Assembly: GCA_021157895.1 (NCBI GenBank)
Contig: JAGGVQ010000006.1
Location: 80,208-144,207, forward strand
DNA: 64,000 nucleotides
Direction of reading: 5' to 3'
From: Dehalococcoidia bacterium
GTDB taxonomy: Bacteria; Chloroflexota; Dehalococcoidia; GIF9; AB-539-J10
Part shown: piece by piece, positions 55,446 through 64,000 of the stretch
How the letters are laid out: every line of letters begins with the position of its first letter
How positions within the stretch are numbered: the stretch's first letter is position 1
The notes under the pieces: generated by a model
The model's database searches: none
Told to the model about the DNA's origin: nothing
What the model saw: the letters and a program-made list of their open reading frames with translations, nothing else
Program-made: the position numbers and the translations under genes

Positions 55446-56059
55446 CGGCCAAGTCGGTAGAACAAGCGATAATCAAAGCCGAGAATAGATTAGGAGTACC
55501 TCGGGACCAGTTTGATGTGGAAGTCATCAAGGAAGGCAAGACTGGAATTCTGGGTATTGGGGATGAAGATGCTGTTATCAGTGTTAGCCCGTTGATGTCG
55601 GGTGAGCAAGATTTTACTCAGGTTGCTGTGAATGTGTTAGAAAAGTTGCTTGGTCTTATCGGTATAGAGGGGCGGGTACAAGTTGTTTCTGAAGATACGT
55701 CTGTAACATTGAATATTCTAGGTGATGATTTAGGCATTCTGATTGGTCGTCGTGGACAGACATTGGCTTCTCTTGAGTATATTGTCAAGATCATAGTATC
55801 AGCACAGTTATCAGAATGGAGACCGTTGGTTGTTGATGTGGACGGATATAAGCGTCGCCGTGGTGAATCGTTGGAGAGATTAGCTGCCCGTTTAGCGGAA
55901 CAGGTAATATCCAGGCGCTGTGCTATGACGCTGGAACCCATGATTCCCAGCGAACGCCGTATTGTTCACCTCGCTCTAGCCAATCGTTCTGATGTAACAA
56001 CACATAGCGTTGGAGAGGGAAATAACCGTAAAGTAGTTATTTTACTGAAGAAAAAGTAG
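55424..56059 (+). CDS. jag: Jag/KhpB-type RNA-binding protein (KH + R3H domains)
   Basis: IGRRGQTLASLEYI (KH) and MTLEPMIPSERRIVH (R3H). It occupies the standard position after yidC. Confidence 0.8.
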   Translation: MVENMEIAAKSVEQAIIKAENRLGVPRDQFDVEVIKEGKTGILGIGDEDAVISVSPLMSGEQDFTQVAVNVLEKLLGLIGIEGRVQVVSEDTSVTLNILGDDLGILIGRRGQTLASLEYIVKIIVSAQLSEWRPLVVDVDGYKRRRGESLERLAARLAEQVISRRCAMTLEPMIPSERRIVHLALANRSDVTTHSVGEGNNRKVVILLKKK

Positions 56060-56062
56060 GTT

Positions 56063-59000
56063 ATGTTCCCTGTAGTAAAAAGCAAGGTTAATTTTCCCGA
56101 GTTAGAGGAGCATATACTCTCTTTTTGGAAAGACCGCGAAATCTTTGATAAGACATTAAGGATTAGGCAGGGAGGGCCGAGGTATGTTTTTTATGAAGGT
56201 CCTCCTACTACTAATGGTAGCCCAGGGGTCCACCATGTGCTCTCGCGCTTATTTAAGGATGCTGTCTGCAGGTATAGGACGATGCGGGGGTATTATGTGC
56301 AGCGTAAGGCGGGATGGGATACACATGGGTTGCCTGTCGAACTTGGTATTGAGCATTCCCTTGGCCTGACAAATAAGGCTCAAATTGAGGAATATGGGAT
56401 TGCTCAATTCAATCAGCGATGCCGTGAAAGCGTATTTATCTATATTAAAGAGTGGGAAGCCCTGACTGAGCGCATTGGCACCTGGTTGGACATGAAGCAT
56501 CCATATGTTACCCTGGATAATTCCTATATTGAGTCATCCTGGTGGGCAATAAAGCAGTTATGGGATAAGGGGTTGATCTACCAGGGCTATAAAGTTACGC
56601 CACACTGTCCCAGATGTGGAACCTCCCTTAGCTCCCATGAAGTAGTTTTAGGTTATGATGAAGCAGAAGACCCGTCGGTATATATAAAGTTTAAATTGGA
56701 TGTGGGATCGTTGCTTGGAGAAGATAGTGCAGTCAGGTCGGCTTTTGCTTTGTTATTAACGGATGACAAGCCAGTATATTTGCTTGCATGGACAACAACT
56801 CCCTGGACCCTGCCCGGTAATACTGCTCTAGCAGTGGCAAAGAATGCTGACTATAGCATTATGGAATCTGATGATGATTACCTTATTTTAGCTGCTGGTC
56901 TTGTTGATAGAGTTGGGCTTGCTGGTTATGTGCAGAAGGGAGTGGTGCACGGAAGAGATCTTGAGGGGCTCAGGTATGAGCCACTATACAATCCACATGA
57001 TTTTGATGCACAGCGCACTAGGTTGCCTTCGCTTACTGTGCAAAAAGATGAAGAGAATCTTACTTATCCTGTCATCAGCACAGATTTTGTCTCTTTAGAA
57101 GAAGGTACGGGGATTGTTCATATGGCTCCTGCCTTTGGTGAAGTTGATTTTGCTGCGGGCATGGAGAATGGACTGGATTTTGTTCAGCACGTGGACTTGG
57201 ATGGCAAGATCACCGGTACATATTCCTTTGCGGGCAAGTTTGTTAAGGATGCTGACCCTATTGTCCTTACTGAGTTGCAATCGCGAGGATTGCTTTATCA
57301 TAGCGCGAAGATTATTCATACTTATCCCTTTTGCTGGAGATGCGGAACTCCTCTTCTGTACTATGCCAAGAAGTCTTGGTACATCAAAACCACCGCGATC
57401 AAGGATAAGTTGATTTCTGGCAACGCTGGCATACATTGGTATCCTGAATATATCAAGCATGGGCGTTTTGGTGATTGGCTGAAGAACAATGTTGACTGGG
57501 CTTTTTCCCGGGAGAGATATTGGGGCACGCCGCTCAATATATGGAGGTGTTCGTCATGTAATCACTGTGAGTGTATTGGCAGTGTCGAGGATCTAAAGAA
57601 GAGACAGTTATCTCGTCAAGCTGAAGGTGTTTTATCAGAGAAGATGTTAGATCGCGAGGAGTTAGATTTACATCGCCCTTATGTAGACGAGATTACTTTT
57701 ACTTGCCCTGAGTGTGGTGGTGAAATGAAGCGTGTGCCTGAGGTTACAGATTGCTGGTTTGATTCTGGAGCTATGCCTATAGCCCAGTGGCATTATCCGT
57801 TTGAGAATGAAGATGAGTTTCAGCATAATTTCCCTGCTGACTTTATTTGCGAAGCCATTGATCAAACTCGTGGTTGGTTTTATAGTTTGCATGCCCTCTC
57901 CACTTTGCTGTTTGGCCAAGCATGTTTTAAGAATGTTATTTGCCTGGGGCATGTTGTTGATGCTCAGGGGGAAAAGATGAGCAAAACTAAAGGCAATGTG
58001 GTAGATCCTTGGGATGTGATTAATGAGTATGGAGCTGACCCTCTGCGTTGGTATTTGTTAGTTTCAACCTCGGGCGAAAATGTGCATCGCTTTTCTAAAT
58101 ATATGGTTGCTGATCTCATGAGACGAAACCTTCTTACTCTATGGAACACGTACTACTTTTTTGCCCTATATGCCAATATCGACCATTTTGTTCCCCAGTC
58201 TCAAGAGCAATTATCTCTCACCAGTTTGGATCGATGGGTTATATCGAAGCTAAACCGCTTGATACTTGATGTGACCGAGGCTATGGAGGCTTATGATCCT
58301 ACGCTGGCAGCGCGGTGCATTGGTGATTTTGTGGACGGGTTATCAAATTGGTATATACGGAGAAACCGCCGTCGATTTTGGAAGAGCGCGAATGATGCTG
58401 ATAAGGCTGCTGCATATAATACGCTATATCAATCGTTGGTTACTCTGTCCCAACTTTTGGCTCCCCTTACTCCTTTTGTTGCCGAGCAGTTGTATCAGAA
58501 CTTGGTTAGATCAGTTGATGTTGATGCTGATGAGAGTGTACATCTCACTGAATTTCCTGTGGCCGACGAAAACAAGATTTTCCCGGAGATAAACGATGAT
58601 GTGGAGTTGGCGATGAGAATATCAAGCCTGGGCAGAGCAGCACGGGCCAAAGCTGGTATTAAGGTTCGTCAACCCCTGGCAAAGGTTGTTGTCAGGATTA
58701 CGTCGAAAAAAGAAGCAGAGTCTTTGTGCAGATCAGCTTCAGAAATACTGGAGGAGATAAATGTTAAAGAGATGGTGCCAGTTGAAGAGGAGCCATCTCA
58801 GTATAACCTTGATTATAGTATAGCTAGAGATGCCAAGTATTTGGTAGCTGTGAGTACTCGTCTTACTCCTGAGCTACTTGCTGAAGGGCTTAGTCGGGAA
58901 ATTGTACGCCGTCTCCAAACCATGCGTCGGGCTGCTAAATTTGATATTGCTGATCATATTACAACCTATTACCATGCAGATGAGTCAGTGCGAGGGGTAT

Positions 59001-59161
59001 TGCACAATTTTAGTGACTATATCCGGCAGGAAACGTTATCATTGAGTCTTATCGATAGCTTACCTCCTGAGGGAGCTTATATTGAGAGCTGCAGGATTTC
59101 TGGGCACGATGTTACCTTTGGGGTGGAGAAGGTCAATAAGGAATTTGCTCCAGGTGTGTAA
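56063..59161 (+). CDS. ileS: isoleucine--tRNA ligase (type 2)
   Basis: PPTTNGSPGVHHVLSRLFKD, WTTTPWTLPGN and KMSKTKGN. Length is 1032 aa. Confidence 0.95.
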   Translation: MFPVVKSKVNFPELEEHILSFWKDREIFDKTLRIRQGGPRYVFYEGPPTTNGSPGVHHVLSRLFKDAVCRYRTMRGYYVQRKAGWDTHGLPVELGIEHSLGLTNKAQIEEYGIAQFNQRCRESVFIYIKEWEALTERIGTWLDMKHPYVTLDNSYIESSWWAIKQLWDKGLIYQGYKVTPHCPRCGTSLSSHEVVLGYDEAEDPSVYIKFKLDVGSLLGEDSAVRSAFALLLTDDKPVYLLAWTTTPWTLPGNTALAVAKNADYSIMESDDDYLILAAGLVDRVGLAGYVQKGVVHGRDLEGLRYEPLYNPHDFDAQRTRLPSLTVQKDEENLTYPVISTDFVSLEEGTGIVHMAPAFGEVDFAAGMENGLDFVQHVDLDGKITGTYSFAGKFVKDADPIVLTELQSRGLLYHSAKIIHTYPFCWRCGTPLLYYAKKSWYIKTTAIKDKLISGNAGIHWYPEYIKHGRFGDWLKNNVDWAFSRERYWGTPLNIWRCSSCNHCECIGSVEDLKKRQLSRQAEGVLSEKMLDREELDLHRPYVDEITFTCPECGGEMKRVPEVTDCWFDSGAMPIAQWHYPFENEDEFQHNFPADFICEAIDQTRGWFYSLHALSTLLFGQACFKNVICLGHVVDAQGEKMSKTKGNVVDPWDVINEYGADPLRWYLLVSTSGENVHRFSKYMVADLMRRNLLTLWNTYYFFALYANIDHFVPQSQEQLSLTSLDRWVISKLNRLILDVTEAMEAYDPTLAARCIGDFVDGLSNWYIRRNRRRFWKSANDADKAAAYNTLYQSLVTLSQLLAPLTPFVAEQLYQNLVRSVDVDADESVHLTEFPVADENKIFPEINDDVELAMRISSLGRAARAKAGIKVRQPLAKVVVRITSKKEAESLCRSASEILEEINVKEMVPVEEEPSQYNLDYSIARDAKYLVAVSTRLTPELLAEGLSREIVRRLQTMRRAAKFDIADHITTYYHADESVRGVLHNFSDYIRQETLSLSLIDSLPPEGAYIESCRISGHDVTFGVEKVNKEFAPGV

Positions 59162-60275
59162 AGATTGTTTGTTTCTTTTTGCCTCGCATAAAAACAATTT
59201 TCACATCATCCCCCACGTTACAACTTTGCACTGCCTGGTATAGATCTTCGGCAGTAGTTATATCCCTATTGTTGAATTTGATGATAATGTCATTTTCCAT
59301 CAATTCAGCCTGTTCTGCGGGACTATCAGGGAATACCTTAAGCACGAGTGCCCCAGCATTTACAGAGAAGTTATTTGCTGCAGCGACGGAAGAATCAACG
59401 GTGGATATTTGTACCCCCAACCATGGGTGTTGGGCAAATCCCTGTTGTATTAATTTCTCGATTATAGGTTTAGCCTGGTCGATGCTTATGGCATAGCCCA
59501 TGCCTTCTACACTCACCTCAACAACTTTGGCGAAGTTGATACCTACAACCTCGCCGGCCATATTTACCAGTGGCCCCCCACTGTCACCAGGATTGATAGG
59601 AGCGTCAACTAAAATTAAGTTGTGAAGAGTGTTTCCAGTAGCAGAAATCCTGATGGAGACATCTAGAGCGCTAACTATTCCCTCAACTGTTGTTATTGCC
59701 CCCTGTCCTAGGGCGTTGCCCAAGGATAACACCCAATCGCCTTCCCTGAGTTGGGAAGAGTTCCCTATCTTGGCATAGGGCAATTCTGTGGCGCTGATTT
59801 TAATAACTGCCAGATCAGTTTGAGCATCAGTACCCACCACGGTAGCGCTAAGAATTCTACCATCATATAGCTTAACTGTGATACTGGTGGCATCTTCAAC
59901 CACGTGATTATTGGTAACAATATAGCCTTCGGAGTCTATGATGATGCCCGAGCCAGCGCTTTGTTGTGAATGCTCTTGCCCCCACCAGTCGGTGTAGTTA
60001 GTTGTTGTGGTTATTGATACCACCGCTGGTTTTACCTGCTGGATAATCTCCGGGAACTGGGGGAGAGGTGTAGTTTGGTTAGCTCCTTGGGGGAAACTCC
60101 ATTCTGAATGGGATTGTTCACTTGTATTGGAGTACTGTGGTGGAGCAACGCTGGCTGGAAGTTGCAAGGAACATCCGACGACGCCTAACAGCAGCGCAAA
60201 TATCATCAGAGTGGAAGCTGCATATTTAAAGCGACGTAACATTTTATCTAACGTAGAGGCACTAAACTCTAGCAT
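59133..60275 (-). CDS. htrA: HtrA/DegP-family serine protease with one PDZ domain (lipoprotein signal)
   Basis: Lipobox LLGVVGC, TNNHVV, the D...AVIK region, GDSGGPL, and a C-terminal PDZ domain. Confidence 0.85.
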   Translation of the reverse strand: MLEFSASTLDKMLRRFKYAASTLMIFALLLGVVGCSLQLPASVAPPQYSNTSEQSHSEWSFPQGANQTTPLPQFPEIIQQVKPAVVSITTTTNYTDWWGQEHSQQSAGSGIIIDSEGYIVTNNHVVEDATSITVKLYDGRILSATVVGTDAQTDLAVIKISATELPYAKIGNSSQLREGDWVLSLGNALGQGAITTVEGIVSALDVSIRISATGNTLHNLILVDAPINPGDSGGPLVNMAGEVVGINFAKVVEVSVEGMGYAISIDQAKPIIEKLIQQGFAQHPWLGVQISTVDSSVAAANNFSVNAGALVLKVFPDSPAEQAELMENDIIIKFNNRDITTAEDLYQAVQSCNVGDDVKIVFMRGKKKQTIFTHLEQIPY

Positions 60276-60380
60276 CTTTTATATTACCATTAGGTTAGCA
60301 GATGGGTAAATTCCTTGTGAGACAATCAAACTTTCTGATTTACTTCCTTGCATTGTCAGGCTAGCCATGGTAACATAACT

Positions 60381-60454
60381 TGTCCTTTAAATCAGTCCAG
60401 CGAGGCTGGTAAGGGGTGATATGCAGAAGCAATTTGTCGTAAAGTTGGTGTTAA
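60381..60454 (+). promoter_or_regulatory. PyrR-binding anti-antiterminator / antiterminator leader RNA
   Basis: AGUCCAGCGAGGCU (60394-60407) matches the PyrR binding-loop consensus (UCCAGAGAGGCU) with one mismatch. AAGGGGT (60411-60417) can alternatively pair with ACCTCTT (60454-60460) in the terminator stem. Confidence 0.6.
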
Positions 60455-60487
60455 CCTCTTGCCAGTTTAATGGCGGGAGGTTTTTTT
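60455..60487 (+). terminator. attenuator terminator hairpin preceding pyrR
   Basis: CCTCTTGCC (60455-60463) pairs with GGCGGGAGG (60472-60480), with 2 G-U pairs, and is followed by T7 (60481-60487). The 3' stem contains the pyrR SD GGGAGG. Confidence 0.6.
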
Positions 60488-61033
60488 ATGGCTGATAAGA
60501 TTCTCCTCAGTGCGGAAGAAATGAGCCGTGCCCTGGCTCGTATTGCCCATGAGATTGTGGAGAAGAATAAGGGGACGGAGGGGATTATCTTGGTGGGTAT
60601 GCATACCCGAGGAGTACCCCTAGCCAAGCGATTGGCTCTAATGGTTAAAGGCTTTGAGAATGTTTCTGTTACTGTTGGTACTCTGGATATAGGTCTTTAT
60701 CGCGATGACATATCATCTGGTGAATTAAAACTAGCGATTCGTGAGACCAAGATACCTATTGATATCACAGGAAAGAAAATTATCTTGGTTGATGATGTTC
60801 TTTATACTGGCAGGAGCATTCGAGCGGCCATGGATGCTCTGGTGGATTTGGGCCGCCCCGAGTTTATTCAGCTAGCTGTGCTGGTGGATCGTGGTCATCG
60901 CGAGCTTCCTATTCGGGCTGACTATGTTGGTAAAAATATACCTACTTCGCGAACTGAGGATATAAAAGTGGACATTGTGGAGATAGATGGCAAAGATGAG
61001 GTAAGTATAATTAAATCGGGGAAGGCTCGATGA
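60488..61033 (+). CDS. pyrR: bifunctional pyrimidine operon regulator / uracil phosphoribosyltransferase PyrR
   Basis: [11 protein letters not shown]...[13 protein letters not shown] and the PRPP motif [17 protein letters not shown]. Start set at MADKILL. Confidence 0.85.
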   Translation: MADKILLSAEEMSRALARIAHEIVEKNKGTEGIILVGMHTRGVPLAKRLALMVKGFENVSVTVGTLDIGLYRDDISSGELKLAIRETKIPIDITGKKIILVDDVLYTGRSIRAAMDALVDLGRPEFIQLAVLVDRGHRELPIRADYVGKNIPTSRTEDIKVDIVEIDGKDEVSIIKSGKAR

Positions 61034-62046
61034 CAATATCAGTAGTAGGATCTGATGCCTCACTACAACCGTTGTCAGGGGTGTCGTCGGAGGTTTGGCA
61101 GCATCACCATATGCTCGACCTCGATGAATTCAGTCGTGGTGATATTGAGAATGTCTTTAAAACAAGCAATATCATGAGGCAAATTCTGGACAGAGATGTC
61201 AAGCGTGTGCCTACTTTGCGTGGTAAGACAATAGCCAATTTATTTTATGAACCCAGCACTCGTACTCGTGCTTCGTTTGAGCTGGCGGCCAAGACTTTAG
61301 GTGCTGGCGTACTGGGCCTTGATGTTGTGAGAACTAGTGTTGTCAAGGGAGAGTCATTGGTAAATACCTTACGTACACTGGAGGCTCTTGGGGTTGATGT
61401 GATTGTTATTCGCCACCCACAGTCAGGAGTTCCGTATATCGCCGTGCAGGAAGTAAGCTGTAGCATAATCAATGCAGGTGATGGATGCCATGCTCACCCA
61501 TCCCAGGCATTATTGGATCTTTATACCATCTGGAGACACATTGGCAAGCTGGATGGACTGAAAGTTGTCATTATTGGTGATATTAAACATAGCCGTGTTG
61601 CTCGGTCAAATATGTGGGGCATGAGTAAAATGGGGATGAAGGTGACTCTCTCTGCTCCCTCTACTTTGCTTCTTCGTGATATTGACCAGTTTATCAGTCA
61701 GTCTGGCATGTCACATGTTGATGTTGTCTCCAATCTGGATAATGCGGTAGAGGGGGCTGATGTTGTTATGCCACTGCGGCTACAACTGGAGAGGCAGGAG
61801 GAGGGTTTGTTGCCTAGCCTGCGGGAATTTACCCTGCGTTACCAGCTTGATGGCAGAAGGCTTTCATTGGCTAATCGGAATGTGATTGTTCTCCATCCTG
61901 GGCCAATACATGAAGATATTGAGATTGCTTCTGAGGTTGCTCATGGCTCGCAATCTTTAATTGAACAGCAGGTAACCAATGGAGTTGCTGTGCGGATGGC
62001 ATTGCTTTATTTAATCACCAGAACCAAGAGAGGTGACCAGACTTAG
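61030..62046 (+). CDS. pyrB: aspartate carbamoyltransferase catalytic subunit
   Basis: [21 protein letters not shown] and HPGP. Confidence 0.9.
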   Translation: MTISVVGSDASLQPLSGVSSEVWQHHHMLDLDEFSRGDIENVFKTSNIMRQILDRDVKRVPTLRGKTIANLFYEPSTRTRASFELAAKTLGAGVLGLDVVRTSVVKGESLVNTLRTLEALGVDVIVIRHPQSGVPYIAVQEVSCSIINAGDGCHAHPSQALLDLYTIWRHIGKLDGLKVVIIGDIKHSRVARSNMWGMSKMGMKVTLSAPSTLLLRDIDQFISQSGMSHVDVVSNLDNAVEGADVVMPLRLQLERQEEGLLPSLREFTLRYQLDGRRLSLANRNVIVLHPGPIHEDIEIASEVAHGSQSLIEQQVTNGVAVRMALLYLITRTKRGDQT

Positions 62047-63374
62047 TGTTAGTAATCACGAATGGGCGTATCTTTGATCCCTGCCACGGAATAGATCAGC
62101 CAGGAGAGTTGTTCATCAAAGAGGGCAAGATTGAATCTGTGGGTACTGGAATCTCCTTCCCGTCTTCTGCTCCAATGATTGATGCTAAGGGCCTGATTAT
62201 CTCGCCAGGTTTTGTAGATCTTCACTGCCATCTTCGGGAGCCTGGATTTGAGGAGGAAGAGACTATTGCTTCTGGAACGCAAGCGGCAGCTGTGGGAGGC
62301 TTCACCACTGTTTGTTGTATGCCTAATACTGATCCTCCCGTAGACAGTAAATCTATTGTGAACTGGATCAAGAAGCGGGCAAGTGAGAGTGCTGTAGTTA
62401 ATGTTCTCCCGATTGGTTGTATTACCAAGGGAAGAAAGGGCAAAGAAGTTTGCGATATGGCTGAACTCGCGGAGGCCGGTGTGGTGGCCTTTAGTGATGA
62501 TGGTGATTCGGTACCTGATTCACAGGTTATGTGTCATGCCATGGACTATAGTCGAGATTTTGACTTGCCGCTGATCGAACACTGTGAGGATAAGCCTCTC
62601 ACTAATGGGGGTGTTATTAATGAGGGTTGGGTAGCTGATAGGCTAGGATTAAAGGGAATACCTGCAGCAGCTGAGGAAATCATTGTTGCTCGTGATTTAG
62701 CACTGGCAAGACTCACTGGCGCCAAATTGCATATTGCGCATGTCAGTACCCGGGGAGCGGTTGAGCTTATCCGGCATGCCAAAAGGAATGGTGTACCTGT
62801 TACTGCAGAGGTTACGCCTCACCATCTTACATTAACTCAGGAAAGAGTTATGAATATGAGCAGTGGGAGAGGGCAGCTTAAATACGATTCTGATGCTAAG
62901 GTCTATCCACCTTTGCGAACGCAAGACGATATTGATGCCCTCCTGGAAGGACTCAAAGAGGGAGTGATCGATGCCATTGCTACTGATCATGCCCCCCATA
63001 CTCAGGCACAGAAAAAATGCGAGCTAGAGTTGGCTGCTTTTGGCATTAGCGGGTTTGAGACTGCCTTTGGCAGCCTAATGGGATTGCTGCATGCGGGCAA
63101 AATAGACCTTGGAACGTTGATATCGAAGTTAACTTGTGAGCCAGCCAGAGTGATTGGCAGGGAAAGTGACCTAGGAACATTGAGAGTTGGCGCTATGGCT
63201 AATATTGTCATTTTTGATGTCGGTCGAGAGTGGCAGGTTGATAGATCTAGATTTGTATCTAGGGGGGAAAATACTCCTTTTGATGGTTGCTGGTTTAAGG
63301 GTAAAGTTCTGGTCACCATTGTTAATGGCGAGATAGTTTATCAGGATGATTCCGTTAGAGTGGATCATGAGTAA
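62046..63374 (+). CDS. pyrC: dihydroorotase
   Basis: PGFVDLHCHLREPG and ATDHAPH. GTG start overlapping the pyrB stop. Confidence 0.9.
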   Translation: MLVITNGRIFDPCHGIDQPGELFIKEGKIESVGTGISFPSSAPMIDAKGLIISPGFVDLHCHLREPGFEEEETIASGTQAAAVGGFTTVCCMPNTDPPVDSKSIVNWIKKRASESAVVNVLPIGCITKGRKGKEVCDMAELAEAGVVAFSDDGDSVPDSQVMCHAMDYSRDFDLPLIEHCEDKPLTNGGVINEGWVADRLGLKGIPAAAEEIIVARDLALARLTGAKLHIAHVSTRGAVELIRHAKRNGVPVTAEVTPHHLTLTQERVMNMSSGRGQLKYDSDAKVYPPLRTQDDIDALLEGLKEGVIDAIATDHAPHTQAQKKCELELAAFGISGFETAFGSLMGLLHAGKIDLGTLISKLTCEPARVIGRESDLGTLRVGAMANIVIFDVGREWQVDRSRFVSRGENTPFDGCWFKGKVLVTIVNGEIVYQDDSVRVDHE

Positions 63375-64000
63375 AAGGGCGACATTAATTCTTGAGGATG
63401 GGACAGTATACAGGGGGGATTCCTTTGGGTCTGAGAGGACTACCTTGGGTGAAGTAGTTTTCGATACTGCTATGACTGGCTATCAGGAAATGCTGACTGA
63501 TCCTTCTTTTGCGGGCCAGATTTTATTGTTTACTTACCCTATGATTGGCAATTATGGGATCAGTGAAGCTGATTTCGAGTCTGGTCATATTCAGGTTAGA
63601 GGTATAGCTGTTCGAGAGTATTGTCATCGCCCTAGCAATTTGCATAGCGTACAGACTCTGGATAATTATCTCAGGGATAGTAATATACCTGGGATAAGTG
63701 GCATAGACACACGTAGCCTGACTCGGCATATTCGCTCCAGAGGGGCCATGATGGGGATTCTTTCCACGGAGATGCGTGATGAAGATGCCTTAGAGCGATT
63801 GAAGGCTTGCCCTCGATATAGTGACACGGATCTTGTTTATGAAGTATCTACGGAACAGATGTATCAATGGCCTGCTGTTGGTGATAGACAAACTGATGCT
63901 TCGGCTGGCATAAAGCATGTTTCATATAACATTGTGGTGGTTGATCTGGGGCTGAAATACAATATCGTACGTATACTAAGTCGTTTGGGTTGCAGAATAA
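63367..64000 (+). CDS. carA: carbamoyl-phosphate synthase small subunit, N-terminal part (3' end outside the window)
   Basis: Manual translation gives MSKRATLILEDGTVYRGDSFGSERTTLGEVVFDTAMTGYQEMLTDPSFAGQILLFTYPMIGNYG...GISGIDTRSLTRHIRSRG. The frame is open to the window end. Confidence 0.85.
   Translation, partial: MSKRATLILEDGTVYRGDSFGSERTTLGEVVFDTAMTGYQEMLTDPSFAGQILLFTYPMIGNYGISEADFESGHIQVRGIAVREYCHRPSNLHSVQTLDNYLRDSNIPGISGIDTRSLTRHIRSRGAMMGILSTEMRDEDALERLKACPRYSDTDLVYEVSTEQMYQWPAVGDRQTDASAGIKHVSYNIVVVDLGLKYNIVRILSRLGCRI

Noticed and set aside
1-64000. CRISPR arrays, IS elements, integrases, prophage or toxin-antitoxin modules
   Set aside because: I found no spaced direct-repeat arrays, no transposase- or integrase-like translations and no terminal inverted repeats. 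The DnaD and DnaC-like genes resemble phage replication modules, but they are embedded in the rplI-dnaB operon with no other phage genes.

Overview
This is a densely packed chromosomal window with about 75 protein genes, one tRNA and one SRP RNA, and almost no non-coding space. It is dominated by housekeeping functions. These include replication (holB, dnaB, dnaD-like, dnaC-like, ssb), translation (rplI, rpmF, rpsU, rpsF, rpsR, rpmH, tyrS, metG, ileS, rsmA, rsmI, tsaB/E, cca, rsfS) and protein insertion (rnpA-yidD-yidC-jag, ftsH, htrA). Metabolic genes cover purine and pyrimidine synthesis (purQ, purL, a guaB-like gene, pyrR-pyrB-pyrC-carA), serine and aromatic amino acids (serA, a class V aminotransferase, DAHP synthase, aroH), and isoprenoid and lipid synthesis (ispE, polyprenyl synthase, fabD, acpP). 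Several markers point, by inference only, to a streamlined Chloroflexota/Dehalococcoidia-like genome: a class V archaeal-type FBP aldolase/phosphatase, a long Bacillus-type SRP RNA, a type-2 IleRS, CobO, and convergent genes that abut or overlap. I saw no CRISPR array, IS element, integrase or prophage.

The best candidates for undescribed biology are:
- A helicase-loader gene carrying two complete DnaC/DnaI AAA+ modules, in an rplI-dnaB-dnaD-dnaC operon (5670-9465).
- A four-gene operon encoding a split BcrAD/BadFG-type activase, two paralogous DUF2229/HGD-D-like subunits and a single-pass micro-membrane protein (9701-12994).
- An uncharacterised HNH / orphan / LuxR / lipoprotein patch (2536-5589).

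Smaller oddities are:
- Three decayed genes: a DUF177 remnant, a Usp gene with an in-frame TGA, and an ArsB/NhaD permease remnant.
- Two conserved genes without a canonical start codon (rdgB, rsfS).
- A perfect 17-bp tandem duplication of the RBS and ATG of yidD.
- A PQQ-propeller lipoprotein inserted between yidD and yidC.
- A thioesterase-HAD fusion.
- A MetRS with altered HIGH and KMSKS signatures.

All functional calls come from reading the translations by eye. No database search was run.
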